From NCBI RefSeq assembly GCF_009914755.1, contig NC_060944.1: a DNA stretch of 64,000 nucleotides; one strand, 5' to 3'. The notes under the pieces were generated by a model that worked only from the letters and a program-made list of their open reading frames with translations, had not been told where the DNA came from and searched no databases. Both the position numbers and the translations under genes were made by a program. Position 1 is the stretch's first letter; every line of letters starts with the position of its first letter. Of the stretch, positions 12,945-31,054 are shown one piece after another. This DNA is from the human T2T-CHM13v2.0 reference genome, Homo sapiens.

Positions 12945-13400
12945 GAGGGGGGAGGAGCCAAGTTGGCCGAATAGGAACAGCTCCGGTCTGCAGCTCCCAG
13001 TGTGAGCGGTGCAGAAGACGGGTGATTTCTGCATTTCCATCTGAGGTACCGGGTTCATCTCACTAGGGAGTGCCAGACAGTGGGCACAGGACAGTGGATG
13101 CAGTTCACCGTGTGCCAGCTGAAGCAGGGCAAGGCATTGCCTCACTCGGGAAGTGCAAGGGGTCAGGGAGTTCCCTTTCCTAGTCAAAGAAAGGGGTGAC
13201 AGACGGCACCTGGAAAATCGGGTCACTCCCACCCCAATACTGCGCTTTTCCGATGGGCTTAAAAAATGGCGCACCAGGAGATTATATCCTGCACCTGGCT
13301 CGGAGGGTCCTATGCCCACGGAGTCTCGCTGATTGCTAGCACAGCAGTCTGAGATCAAACTGCAAGGCAGCAGTGAGGCTGGGGGAGGGGCGCCTGCCAT
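12894..13400 (-). CDS. L1 antisense ORF0, open and extended to 168 aa
   Basis: MAGAPPPASLLPCSLISDCCASNQRDSVGIGPSEPG... is the ORF0 N-terminus; ATG (cat on +) at 13398-13400; frame stays open into the flank; expression unknown. Confidence 0.5.
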   Translation of the reverse strand: MAGAPPPASLLPCSLISDCCASNQRDSVGIGPSEPGAGYNLLVRHFLSPSEKRSIGVGVTRFSRCRLSPLSLTRKGNSLTPCTSRVRQCLALLQLAHGELHPLSCAHCLALPSEMNPVPQMEMQKSPVFCTAHTGSCRPELFLFGQLGSSPLKLSLFPDDILTYKIIS

Positions 13401-13855
13401 TGCCCAGGCTTGCTTGGGTAAACAAAGCAGCCAGGAAGCTCCAACTGGGTGGAGCCCACCACAGCTCAAGGAGGCCTGCCTGCCTCTGTAGGCTCCACCT
13501 CTGGGGGCAGGGCACAGACAAATAAAAAGACAGCAGTAACCTCTGCAGACTTAAATGTCCCTGTCTGACAGCTTTGAAGAGAGCAGTGGTTCTCCCAGCA
13601 CGCAGCTGGAGATCTGAGAACGGGCAGACTGCTTCCTCAAGTGGGTCCCTGACCCCTGACCCCCGAGCAGCCTAACTGGGAGGCACCCCCCAGCAGGGGC
13701 AGACTGACACCTCACACGGCCGGGTACTCCAACAGACCTGCAGCTGAGGGTCCTGTCTGTTAGAAGGAAAACTAACAAACAGAAAGGACATCCACACCAA
13801 AAACCCATCTGTACATCACCATCATCAAAGACCAAAAGTAGATAAAACCACAAAG
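12947..13855 (+). promoter_or_regulatory. L1 5' UTR with internal sense and antisense promoters
   Basis: Complete L1PA 5' UTR; YY1 motif altered (aagttggcc at 12960-12968); short-form junction gtactccaacagacc at ~13730. Confidence 0.8.
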
Positions 13856-14866
13856 ATGGGGAAAAAACAGCAGAAAAACTGGAAACTCTAAAAAGCAGAG
13901 CACTTCTCCTCCTCCAAAGGAACACAGTTCCTCACCAGCAATGGAACAAAGCTGGACGGAGAATGACTTTGACGAGTTGAGAGAAGAAGGCTTCAGACGA
14001 TCAAACTATGGGTTACAGGAGGAAATTCAAACCAAAGGCAAAGAAGTTGAAAACTTTGAAAAAAATTTAGAAGAATGTATAACTAGAATAACCAATACAG
14101 AGAAGTGCTTAAAGGAGCTGATGGAGCTGAAAACCAAGGCTCGAGAAATATGTGAAGAATGCAGAAGCCTCAGGAGCCAATGCGATCAACTGGAAGAAAG
14201 GGTATCAGCGATGGAAGATGAAATGAATGAAATGAAGCAAGAAGGGAAGTTTAGAGAAAAAAGAATAAAAAGAAATGAGCAAAGCCTCCAAGAAATATGG
14301 GACTATGTGAAAAGACCAAATCTACATCTGATTGGTGTACCTGAAAGTGATGGGGAGAATGGAACCAAGTTGGAAAACACTCTGCAGGATATTATCCAGG
14401 AGAACTTCCCCAATCTAGCAAGGCAGGCCAACATTCAGATTCAGGAAATACAGAGAACACCACAAAGATACTCCTCGAGAAGAGCAACTCCAAGACACAT
14501 AATTGTCAGATTCACCAAGGTTGAAATGAGGAAAAAATGTTAAGGTCAGCCAGAGAGAAAGGTCAGGCTACCCTCAAAGGGAAGCCCATGAGACTAACAG
14601 CAGATCTCTCAGCAGAAACTCTACAAGCCAGAAGAGAGTGGGGGCCAATATTCAACATTCTTAAAGAAAAGAATTTTCAACCCAGAATTTCATGTCCAGT
14701 CAAACTAAGCTTCATAAGTGAAGGAGAAATAGAATACTTTACAGACAAGCAAATGCTGAGAGATTTCGTCACCACCAGGCCTGCTCTAAAAGAGCTCCTG
14801 AAGGAAGCACTAAACATGGAAAGGAACAACTGGTACCAGCCGCTGCAAAATCATGCCAAAATGTAA
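13856..14866 (+). pseudogene. L1 ORF1p, frameshifted
   Basis: ATG 13856, TAA 14864-14866; ORF-track fragments 13941-14543 and 14537-14866 with YVKRPNL, ARREW and YQPLQNHAKM. Confidence 0.92.
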
Positions 14867-14929
14867 AGACCATCGAGGCTAGGAAGAAACTGCATCAACT
14901 AACGAGCAAAATAACCAGCTAACATCATA

Positions 14930-18747
<3,818 letters not shown>

Positions 18748-19132
18748 ACAATGAGAACACATGGACACAGGAAAGGGAACATCACAATATTGTTCCGCTA
18801 GCTCAATTAATAACATCACAATAATAGTATCTCATTGTGGTTTTGATTTGCATTTCTCTAATGATTAGTGACGTTGAGTAGTTTTTCATATGCTCGTTGG
18901 CTGCGTGTATGTTGTCTTTTAAAAAGTGTCTGTTTATGTCCTTTGCCCACTTTTTAATGGGGTTGTTTTTGCTTGTAGATTTAAGTTCCTTATAGATGCT
19001 GGATATTAGACCTTTGTCAGATGCATTGTTTGCAAATATTTTCTCCCATTTTGTAGTTTGTCTGTTTATTCTGTGGATAGTTTCTTTTGCTGTGCAGAAG
19101 GTCTTTCGTTTAATCAGGTCCCATTTGTCACT

Positions 19133-19432
<300 letters not shown>

Positions 19433-20250
19433 CACTTCTTGTTTTTATTGCAATTGCTTTTGGCATCTTCATCATGAAATCTTTGCCAGTTGCTATGTTC
19501 AGAATGGTATTTTTAAGCTTATCTTCTATGGTTTTTATACTTTTAGGTTGCACATTTATCTAATCGGTCGAGTGGATTTTAGTATTTGGTGTAAGGAAGG
19601 GGTCGAGTTTCAATCTTTTGCATATGCCTAACCAGTTACTTTGGCACAATTTATTGAATAGGAAGTATTTTCTTCATTGGTTGTTTTTGTTGATGCTATT
19701 GAAGATCAGATGGTTGAAGGTGTGCACCATTATTTCTGGGCTCTGTATTCTGTTCCATTGTTCTTTGGGTCTGTTTTTGTACCAGTATCATGTCGTTTTG
19801 GATACTGTAGACTTGTAGTATAGTTTGGAGTCAGGTAATATGATGCTTCTGGCTTCGTTCTTTTTACTTAGGATTGCCTTGGTTATTTGGGCTCTTTTTG
19901 GTTCCATATGCATTTTAAAATAGTTTTATTTCAATTCTGTGAAGAATGTCATTAATAATTTGATAGGAATAGCATTGAATCTATAAATTGCTTTGGGGCA
20001 GTATGGCCATTTTTATAATATTAATTCTTCCTATCCATGAGCATGGAATTTTTTTTCATTTGTTCGTGTCATCTCTGATTTTTTTTGAGCATTGTTTTGT
20101 AATTCTCATCATAGAGATCTTTCACTTTCCTAGTTATCTGTATTCCTAGGTATTTTATTTTTGTGTGTGTGTGGCTATTGTGAATGGAATTCCATTCTTG
20201 ATTTGGCTCTCAGGTTGGATATTGTTAGTGAATAGAAATACCACTGATTT

Positions 20251-20396
20251 GGCTGGGTATGTTGGCTTAAGCCTGTCATCCCAGCACTTTGGGAGGCCAA
20301 GGCAGGCAGATCCTTTGAGCCCAGGAGTTCGAAACCAGCCTGGGCAACATAGCGGGACCTCATCTCTATAAAAAAATTAAAAAATAATAAAAAAAA
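20251..20396 (+). mobile_element. Free left Alu monomer (FLAM_C-like)
   Basis: Left arm only (gagcccaggagttcgaaaccagcctgggcaacatagc) plus A-tail; imperfect TSD aaataccactgattt/aaacccactaattt. Confidence 0.85.
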
Positions 20397-23300
20397 CCCA
20401 CTAATTTTTGTCCATTTATTTTGTATCCTGAAACTTTGTTGAAGTTGTTTATCAGATCAAGGAGATTTTATGCAGAGGCCGTGGGGTTTTCTAGCTATAG
20501 AAACATACTGTTTGCAAACAGGGATAGTTTGACCTCCTCTTCTCCTATTTGGATGCCGTTTATTTCTTTCTCTTGACTGATTGCTCTGGCTAGGACATCC
20601 AATATTGTGTTGAATAGGAGTGGTGAGAGAGGACATCCTTGTCTTGTTCTAGTTTTCAAGAGAAGTGCTTCTAGCTTTTGCCCGTTCGTTATGATGATGA
20701 CTGTGGGTTTGTCATAGATGGCTCTTATTTTCAGGTATGTTTCCTCAATGCCTAGTTTGTTGAGGGTGTTTAAATACGAAGGGATGTTAATTTTATTGAA
20801 AGCCTTTTCTGCAGCTATTGAGATAATCATGTGGTTTTTGTTTTTAGTTCTGTTTATTTGCTAAATCACATTTATTGATTTACATATGTTGAACTTGCAT
20901 CCCAGCAATAAAGTCTACTTGATCGTGATGGATTAGCTTTTTGGTTTGTTAGTATTTTGTTGAGGAGTTTTGCATACATGTTCATAAAGAATATTGGACT
21001 GAAGTTTTCTTTTTTTGCTGTGTCTCTGCCAGGTTTTACTATCACGATAATGCTAGCCTCCTAGAATGAGTTATGGAAGAGTCCCTTCTCCTCAATTACT
21101 TGGAATATTTTCAGTAGGAATGGTACCAGCTTTTCTTTGCATATCTAGTAGAATTTGGCTGTGAATCTATCTTCCTGGGCTTTTTCTTGTTGGTAGGATT
21201 TTTATTACTGATTCAATTTTGAAACTGGTTATTGATCTGTTCTGAAATTCAATTTTTTCCTGGTTCAGTCTTGGGAGGTTGTGTGTGTCCAGGAATTTAT
21301 CCATTTGTTCTAAATTTTCTAGTTTGTGCGCATAGAGGTGTTCATCGTAGTCTCTGATAGTTACTTGTATTTCTGTGGGGTCGGTGGTTTTGTCATTTCT
21401 AATTTCATTTCTAATTATGTTGATTTGAATCTTCTCTCTTTTGTTTTCTTTATTAATTGAGCTAGCGGACTATCTAGCTTATCAGTTTTTTTCACAGAAC
21501 CAATCCTCAATTTGTTAATCTTTTGTATGGTTTATTATGTCTCAGTTTCCTTAAATTCAGCTCTAATTTTGGTTATTTCTTGCCTTTCGCTAGCTTTTAG
21601 GGTTGGTTTGCTCTTGTTTTTCTAGTTCCTCTAGATGGGATGTTAAGTTGTCAATTTGAGTTATTTTGAACTTTTTGATGTGGGCATTTAGCACTATAAA
21701 CTTCTCTCTTAACACTGCTTTAGCAGTGTCCCAGAGACTGTGATATTTTTCATTTTTACTCTCATTAATTTCAAAGAATTTTTTATTTCTTCCTCAATTT
21801 CATTCTTTACCCAAAAAGTTTTTAAAGACCAGATTGTTAAATTTCCATGTAATTACATGGTTTTGAGCAATTTTCTTAGTATTGATTTCTGTTTTCATTG
21901 TCCTGTGCTTTTAGAGTGCGGTTGGTTGGTATGATTATGGGTTTTTTGAATTTGCTGATGATTGTTTTATATCCAATTGTGTGTTTGGTTTTAGAGTATG
22001 TGTCATGTAGTGATAAGAAGAATTTATATTCTGTCATTTTTGGGTAGAGGGATCTGTAGATGTCTATTAAGTCCATTTGGTCAAGTGTTGAATTCAGGTC
22101 CTGAATATATATTTGTTAATTTTCTGCCTTGATAATCTAATACTCTCAGTGGGATGTTGAAGTCTCCCATTTTTATTGTGTGATTATCAAAGTCTCTTTG
22201 TAGGTCTCTAAGAATTTGTGTTATGAATCTGTATGCTCTAGTGTTGGGTGCATATATATTAAGGATAGTTAGATCTTCTTGTTGAATTAAACCGTTTATC
22301 ATTATGTAGTGCCCTTCTTTGTCTTTTTTGATCTTTGTTGTTTTAATGTCTGCTTCTTCTGAAATTAACACAGAAACTCCTGCTTTTTTCTGTTTTCAAT
22401 TTTCTTGGTAGAATTTTCTCCATAATTTTACTTTTAGCATATTTGTGTCATTGCATGTAAGATGTGTCTCTTGAAGACAGCTTACCATTGCTGGGTCTTG
22501 CCTCTTTATCCAGCTGTCACTCTGTGCCTTTTAATTGGGGCATTTAGCTCATTTACATCCAAGGTTAATATTGATTATGTGTAGATTTGATCCTGTCATC
22601 ATATTGTTAGCTGGTTATTATGCAGACTTGTTTGTGTGGTTGCTTTATGGAATCAATGGTGTATGTACTTAAGTGTGTTTTTGTAGTGGCTGGTTATGGT
22701 CTTTCCTGTCCATATTTAGTCCTCCTTTCAGGACTTCTTGTAAGGCAGGTCTGGTAGTAATAAATTCCCTCAGCATTCGCTTGTCTGAAGAGAATCTTAT
22801 TTCTTCTTCACTTATGAAGCTTAATTTGGCTGGATATGAAATTCTTGGCTGGAAATTCTGTTAAGAATTATAAATATATCCCCCTAATCTCTTCCAGCTT
22901 GTAGAGTTTCTGCTGAAGAATTCAAATTCACTGTTAGCCTGATGGGGTTACCTTTGAGTTGTGCCCATTCTCTCTAGCTGCCGTTAACATTTTCTTCTTT
23001 AATTTCAACCTTGGAGAATCTGATCAATTATGTGTTTGGGGGATGGTCTTGTTAAGTTGTATGTCACAAGGGTTATCTTCATTTCCTGAGTTTAAACATT
23101 GACCTCTCTGGTAAGGTTGGGGAAGTTTACATGGATGATATTCAGAAATACATTTTCCAAGTTGCTGCCTTATCTGCATCTCTTTCAGGGATACTGGTGA
23201 GTCATAGATTTGGTCTCTTTACATAATCCCATATTTCTCAGTGGTTTTGTTCATTCTTTTTCATTTTTTTTTTATTTTTGTCTGACTGAGATGGTTCAGA

Positions 23301-24059
23301 GAGCCCGTGTTTGAGCTCTGAGATTCTTTCTTCAGCTTGATCTATTCTGCTGTTAGTACTCGTGCTTGCATTATGAAATTCTTGTCATGTGTTTTTCATC
23401 TGTGTCAGATTGCTTTGGTTCTTTCTTAAAATGAACATTTTATCTCTTGTCTCTGGGATTGTTTTATTATAATCCTTAGATTCCTTGGATTGGGTTTCCA
23501 ATTTTTCCTGAATCTCAATGACCTGCTTTCGTGTCACTACTCTAAATTCTATTTCTGTCATTTCAGCCATTTCAGCTTGCTTAAGGACCCTTGATGATAA
23601 ACTAGCATGGTCATTTGGATGAAAGAAGATACTCTGGCTTTTTGGGTTGCCAGAGTTCTTGTGCCGATTCTTTCTTATCTGTGTGGGCTGGTGTTCCTTT
23701 AACTGCAGTGTAATTTGAGTATAGCCAGTAGACTTCCTTTCTGGATGTTTTTAGAGGGCCAGGGCTTCGCGGGGCCTTTAATTGTAGCTGAATTCTTACC
23801 CTTGGCTTCACAGGGGGGTTACGTCAGCAAAATATTTTTAATGTTGGAGGTGGGGCTATGATTCAGTAGATGGCTCTTAAAGCATATTGGTCCCTAGGTA
23901 GGGACCAATTGCTCAACCACATGGCTTCTCTGTATTTCCTCACAGTTATAGCTGTGCTCTCTTGCAGTGCTCTGAAAGTATGGGCTCCTTTCCCACTCAT
24001 GTGCTGGCTGCAGATCTCAGCTTGGCACTCCTAGGCTGCCTACTGTGGCTCTGAGGTGA

Positions 24060-25130
24060 GCTCAGGCTTTATGTTCTCTCCTCAACTCAGAGACAGCATG
24101 GTAAGGGACCTCGGCACTGATTGTGGCGGAGGGCCTTTTACATGTCTCTTGGAGCTCTACCTCAGAGAGCTGCAGAGTCGCTGTCAATCAGTGTGACTGG
24201 CCCGGGGTTGGGTGGCTGCACTGTGGGCCCAGGGGGGCCCTGCCGGGTGACAAGCAGGTGGGGTAGGAGGCTTATAGGGGAGACAGACTGGCCTTTTCTC
24301 CTTAGGGCAATAGCAGCTTGCTGGAGGTATGGTTAAAGCACTCAGGATCTTTGCTCCTTTCCCAGTCTGAGGGCAGCAAAGGCGGCACCACTGCAGAGGC
24401 AGTGGCAGAGGGTGTCTGGGAGCTCCACCTCAGAGAAATGTGGAGCCTCTGCTACTGGGAATGTTCAGCCGGAGGGTGGGCTGGCTGTGCTGCTGGCCCA
24501 AACTGGGGGCTCTGCTTGGTCAACAGTAGGGATTTAAGTGCCCATGGGAAGGAGAGACTGGTCTCCTCTCCTTACGGTGACTATGGTGTGCTGGAAGCTT
24601 GAGTGAAGCCCTTAGGCTCTTTGTTTCTTCCCCAGACCAAGGGCTGCAGAGGCAGAAGTGCTGCTGTGGCAGTAGCAGAGGAGCTGTCCGTTGCCTCTGG
24701 GAGCCCCTCCCAGGGGGAACACAGAGCCACCACCACTGGGTGTGCTCAGCCGGGAGTGGTACAGCTGATCTGCCGTCCTGTGCTACGGGTCCTGCCTGGT
24801 AGAGAGTGAGGGGTAGGAGCTCACAGGGAGGAGAGACTATGCTCCTCTCTGCATGATGGCTGTGGTGTGCTGGAGGTGCCATAGTAGCGATCATGATGCC
24901 TTTTGTTCCTTCCTCAGCCCAAAGGTGCTTAGAGTGGTACCACTGCAGCTGCAATGGCAGAGGGGCTGTAGGTTGTCTCTGGGATTTCCTCCTCAAAGAA
25001 ATGCAGAGCCACCTCCTATGGAAGTGTTCACACGGGGAAAGGATAGTTGTGCGGAATCCCAGGTGGAGAGGCCTTGTCCGGTGAGGAGAAGTAGGAATGG
25101 AGACCCATGTGGAAAATAGTCTGGCTGCTT
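24060..25130 (-). repeat. Diverged ~275-bp tandem units in the old L1 5' UTR
   Basis: ggagacagactgg (24279), ggagagactgg (24551) and ggagagactatg (24830), each followed by related tgctgga...ctttg.t.ctt.c...gcagagg...ctggga motifs. Confidence 0.7.
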
Positions 25131-25899
25131 TTCTGCGGGGCAGCTGTGCTGTGCTGAGGGTCTACACCAGTCTCTCACCACCATGCACCATGTTGAGGGC
25201 AACAGTAGTGAGGGCTGCAGGGCAGCAAAACTAGCAGCCTACCTCTCCCTCTGGGAGCTCCATCCTAGGGAAGTGCAGAGTCCTACAGGCCCAACAGCCC
25301 AGGCAGGGCTGGTGTGGCCATGCTAGGGTCCCAGACCAGTGGGCCTTATCCTGCGAAGTACAGTCCATGGCTGCTCAGCCCTGTGGATTTGGCCGCTTTT
25401 CTGGGGGTATGCGAGGGACCCTGACTTTCCCTGTTGCCAGGGTTGCAGCTGCGAATGCCACGATGCCTGGGGATCCAAGGCCCTTAGCACTTCATGTGTG
25501 CCTGAGTGGCAGCTCTGCCGAGACTCCATATGGCTCTCCACGTCAGTTTGGCAGCCCCGTGGGGGCATTCACAGGGGATCTCCTGAGCTCAGAGTTCCAA
25601 AGGTCCATAGCAGAAGTGTGGGTCTCCGGGACTCAATCACTCACCATTTCCCACAGTGGGGGGACCTCCCCTGTCTCCGTGCCTCTCCCCCACGGGTGCG
25701 TGCTCGTCCTTTCCTGGTCCTCCGTGAGCTGAGTTGTTTCCTTGATGAATTCCAATGTGTCCATCTGGATGGTCCAGTTGAAGAGCTAATGTTTATCAGC
25801 TACTCTTTCCCCTCTCCGTGACAGCAATGCACACTGGCTGCTTCTTGGCCCTCCCCATCCTATATTTTTTTTTAATTAACTTTTTCCCTCTACCTTATT

Positions 25900-28500
<2,601 letters not shown>

Positions 28501-28514
28501 AGTTGGATTATTTC

Positions 28515-29905
28515 TTTATTTTTCCTTGTCTATTGTTTTTCTTTTAATTTAATTTTAAGTTCCAGGATAAATGTTCAGGACTTGCAGATTTGCTGCGTAG
28601 GTAAACATGTGCTGTGGTGGTTTGCTGCACCTATCAAACCATCACCTAGATATTAAGTCCCACATGCATTAGCTATTTATCCTGATGCTCTCCCTACCCC
28701 ACCACCCTGACCAGCCCCAGTGTGTGTTGTTCCCCTCCCTGTGTCCATGTGTTCTCATTGTTCAGCTCCCACTTATAAGTAAGAACATGTATTGTTTGGT
28801 TTTCTTTTCCTGTGTTGGTTAGGATAATGGCTTCCAGCTTCATCTATGTCCCTGCAAAGGACATTATCTCATTCCTTTTGATGGCTGCATAGTATTCCGT
28901 GGTGTGTGTGTGTACCACATTTTCTTTATCCAGTCTATCAGTGATGGGCATTTGGGTTGATTCCATGTCTTTGCTATTGTGAATAGTGCTGCAGTGAACA
29001 CACAGGTGCATGTATCTTTATACTTTATTTATATTCCTTTGGGTGTATACCCAGTAATGGGATTGCTGGGTCAAATGGAATTTCTGGTTTTAGGTCTTTG
29101 AGGTTTCACCACAATGTCTGCCACATGGTTGAATTAATTTATATTCCTACCAACCGTGTAAAAGTATTCCTATTTCTCCACAGCCTTGCTGGCATCTGTT
29201 GTTTCTTGACTTTTTAATAATTGCCATTCTGAGATGGTATCTCAAAATAATAAGAGCCATTAATGACAAATCCATAGCCAATATCATATTGAATGGGCTG
29301 GAAGTATTCCCCTTGGAAACTGGCACAAGACAAGGATGCCCTCTCTCACCATTCCTATTCAACACAGTATTGGAAGTTCTGGCCGGGACAATCAGGTAAG
29401 AGAAAGAAACAAAGGTATTCAAATAGGAAGAGAGGAAGTCAAACTGTCTCCATTTGCTGATGACATGATCTTATATCTAGAAAACCCCATTGTCTCAGCC
29501 CAAAGCTTCTTAAGCCAATAAACAACTTCAGCAAAGTCTCAGGATACAAAATCAATGTGCAAAAATCACAAGTATTAATATATACCAACAATAGAAAAGC
29601 AGAGAGCCAAATCATGAATGAACTCCCATTCACAATGCTACAAATAGAATAAAATATCTAGGAATACAGCTAACAAGGAAAGTGAAGGACCTCCTCAAGG
29701 AGAACTGCAAACCACTGCTCAAGAAAATCAGAAAGGACACAAGCAGATGGAAAAAAAAACATTCCATGCTTATGGATAGGAAGAATCAATATCATGAAAA
29801 TGGCCATACTGCCCAAAGTAATTTGTAGATTCAATGCTATCCCCATTAAACTGCCACTGACATTATTCACAAAATTAGAAAAATCTACTTTAAAATTCAT
29901 ATGGA
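28515..29905 (-). mobile_element. 5'-inverted (twin-primed) L1, L1PA8-10-like
   Basis: 3' end on - (28515-~29243) joined to an ORF2 segment on + (~29240-29905); TSD tggattatttc at 28504-28514 and 29902-29912. Confidence 0.88.
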
Positions 29906-29930
29906 TTATTTCAAATCTGGTGATTGTTGC

Positions 29931-30295
29931 TGGTATGGGTAGGCTTTGCATGCCTGCCCAAATCTCATCCTGAATTGTATCCCCGTAATCCCCATAATCT
30001 CCATGTGTCAAGGGAGAGACCAGGTGGAGATAATTGAATCACAGGGGCAGTTTCCCCCATGCTGTTCTCATGATAGTGAGTGAGTTCTCATGAGATCTGA
30101 TGGTTTTATAAGGGGCACTTCATGCTTCACTCAGCACTTCTTCTTCCTGCTGCCTTGTGAATAACCTGTCTTGCTTCCCCTTCCCCTTCTGCCATAATTG
30201 TAAGTTTCCTGAGGTCTCCCCAGCCATGCTGAACTGTTAGTAAATTACCAAGTCTCAGGTAGTTCTTTATAGCAGTATCAAAATGGACTGATACA
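29931..30295 (+). mobile_element. THE1 (THE1D-like) solo LTR
   Basis: tggtatgggtaggctttg...caaatctcatcctgaattgta...aaatggactgataca; 5-bp TSD gttgc/gtagc; the attaaa poly(A) signal region appears deleted near 30240. Confidence 0.88.
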
Positions 30296-31054
30296 GTAGC
30301 TCTTTCTGTTATTATAATAATAATTATTATGTAATTATTGGAAATGTTGACAGCACATTTTGCAAACTAGATCTCTTTCCTGAACCCTGCTTCTTTTACC
30401 TCTGTACAATGAGCATGTAGCTTCCTATGTCAGTATGCCTCCAGCAGTAATGTGATGTCTGTGTGCAGTTGGTAAAATAAATTTTGCACGATTCTACTCA
30501 AAAGTTCTTTTTTACTTCACACCCAATTCACCTGTTGCCGTGATATCCTCACAGTTTTTAGGTTTAACTAATTACTACACCAGTCTGTGGCAAAGCTTTT
30601 CAGATAAGGTGCTAGAGTCCCAGCTGCCTTAAAGAAGAATTGCTAATGAAGTCTTGGGATGAATAAAATATCATGTCTTCCATCACCCCTTTATAGGATG
30701 TCCAGGATTACTTGTACTTTGAAAACGGCTATCATTCTTTAATGACAACTTGTTAACATTTAGATTATCGTTTTGTGTTCTATGAAGTAACCATGCTGGC
30801 AGGCTACAAAGGGAAATTGGTATTAAAGACATGGAACAGTCCTCCTGCCTGGAATGCATAACTTGTTTTCATTTGGTTCATAGGAAGTACCGACTGAAGC
30901 AAAAAAATATCCAACTGCTCCAATGAGCCCAGAATACTTCTGTCCTAAAAAGTGCATTTGATCCTCAAACTGATGATGTGTGTTGTTTCTAGGTTTAGAG
31001 CGCACTAAAATTGGAGCCATAGAATTTACTGAAAATTATGTTAAAACAAGTGAT

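Noticed and set aside
24121-25821. Cluster of GC-rich ORFs up to 160 aa suggesting a gene
   Set aside because: They lie within the old L1 5' UTR and its tandem units, with no recognisable domain.
30855-30995. Acceptor-like ttgttttcatttggttcatag followed by a short open frame
   Set aside because: No convincing donor, and the peptide is not recognisable.
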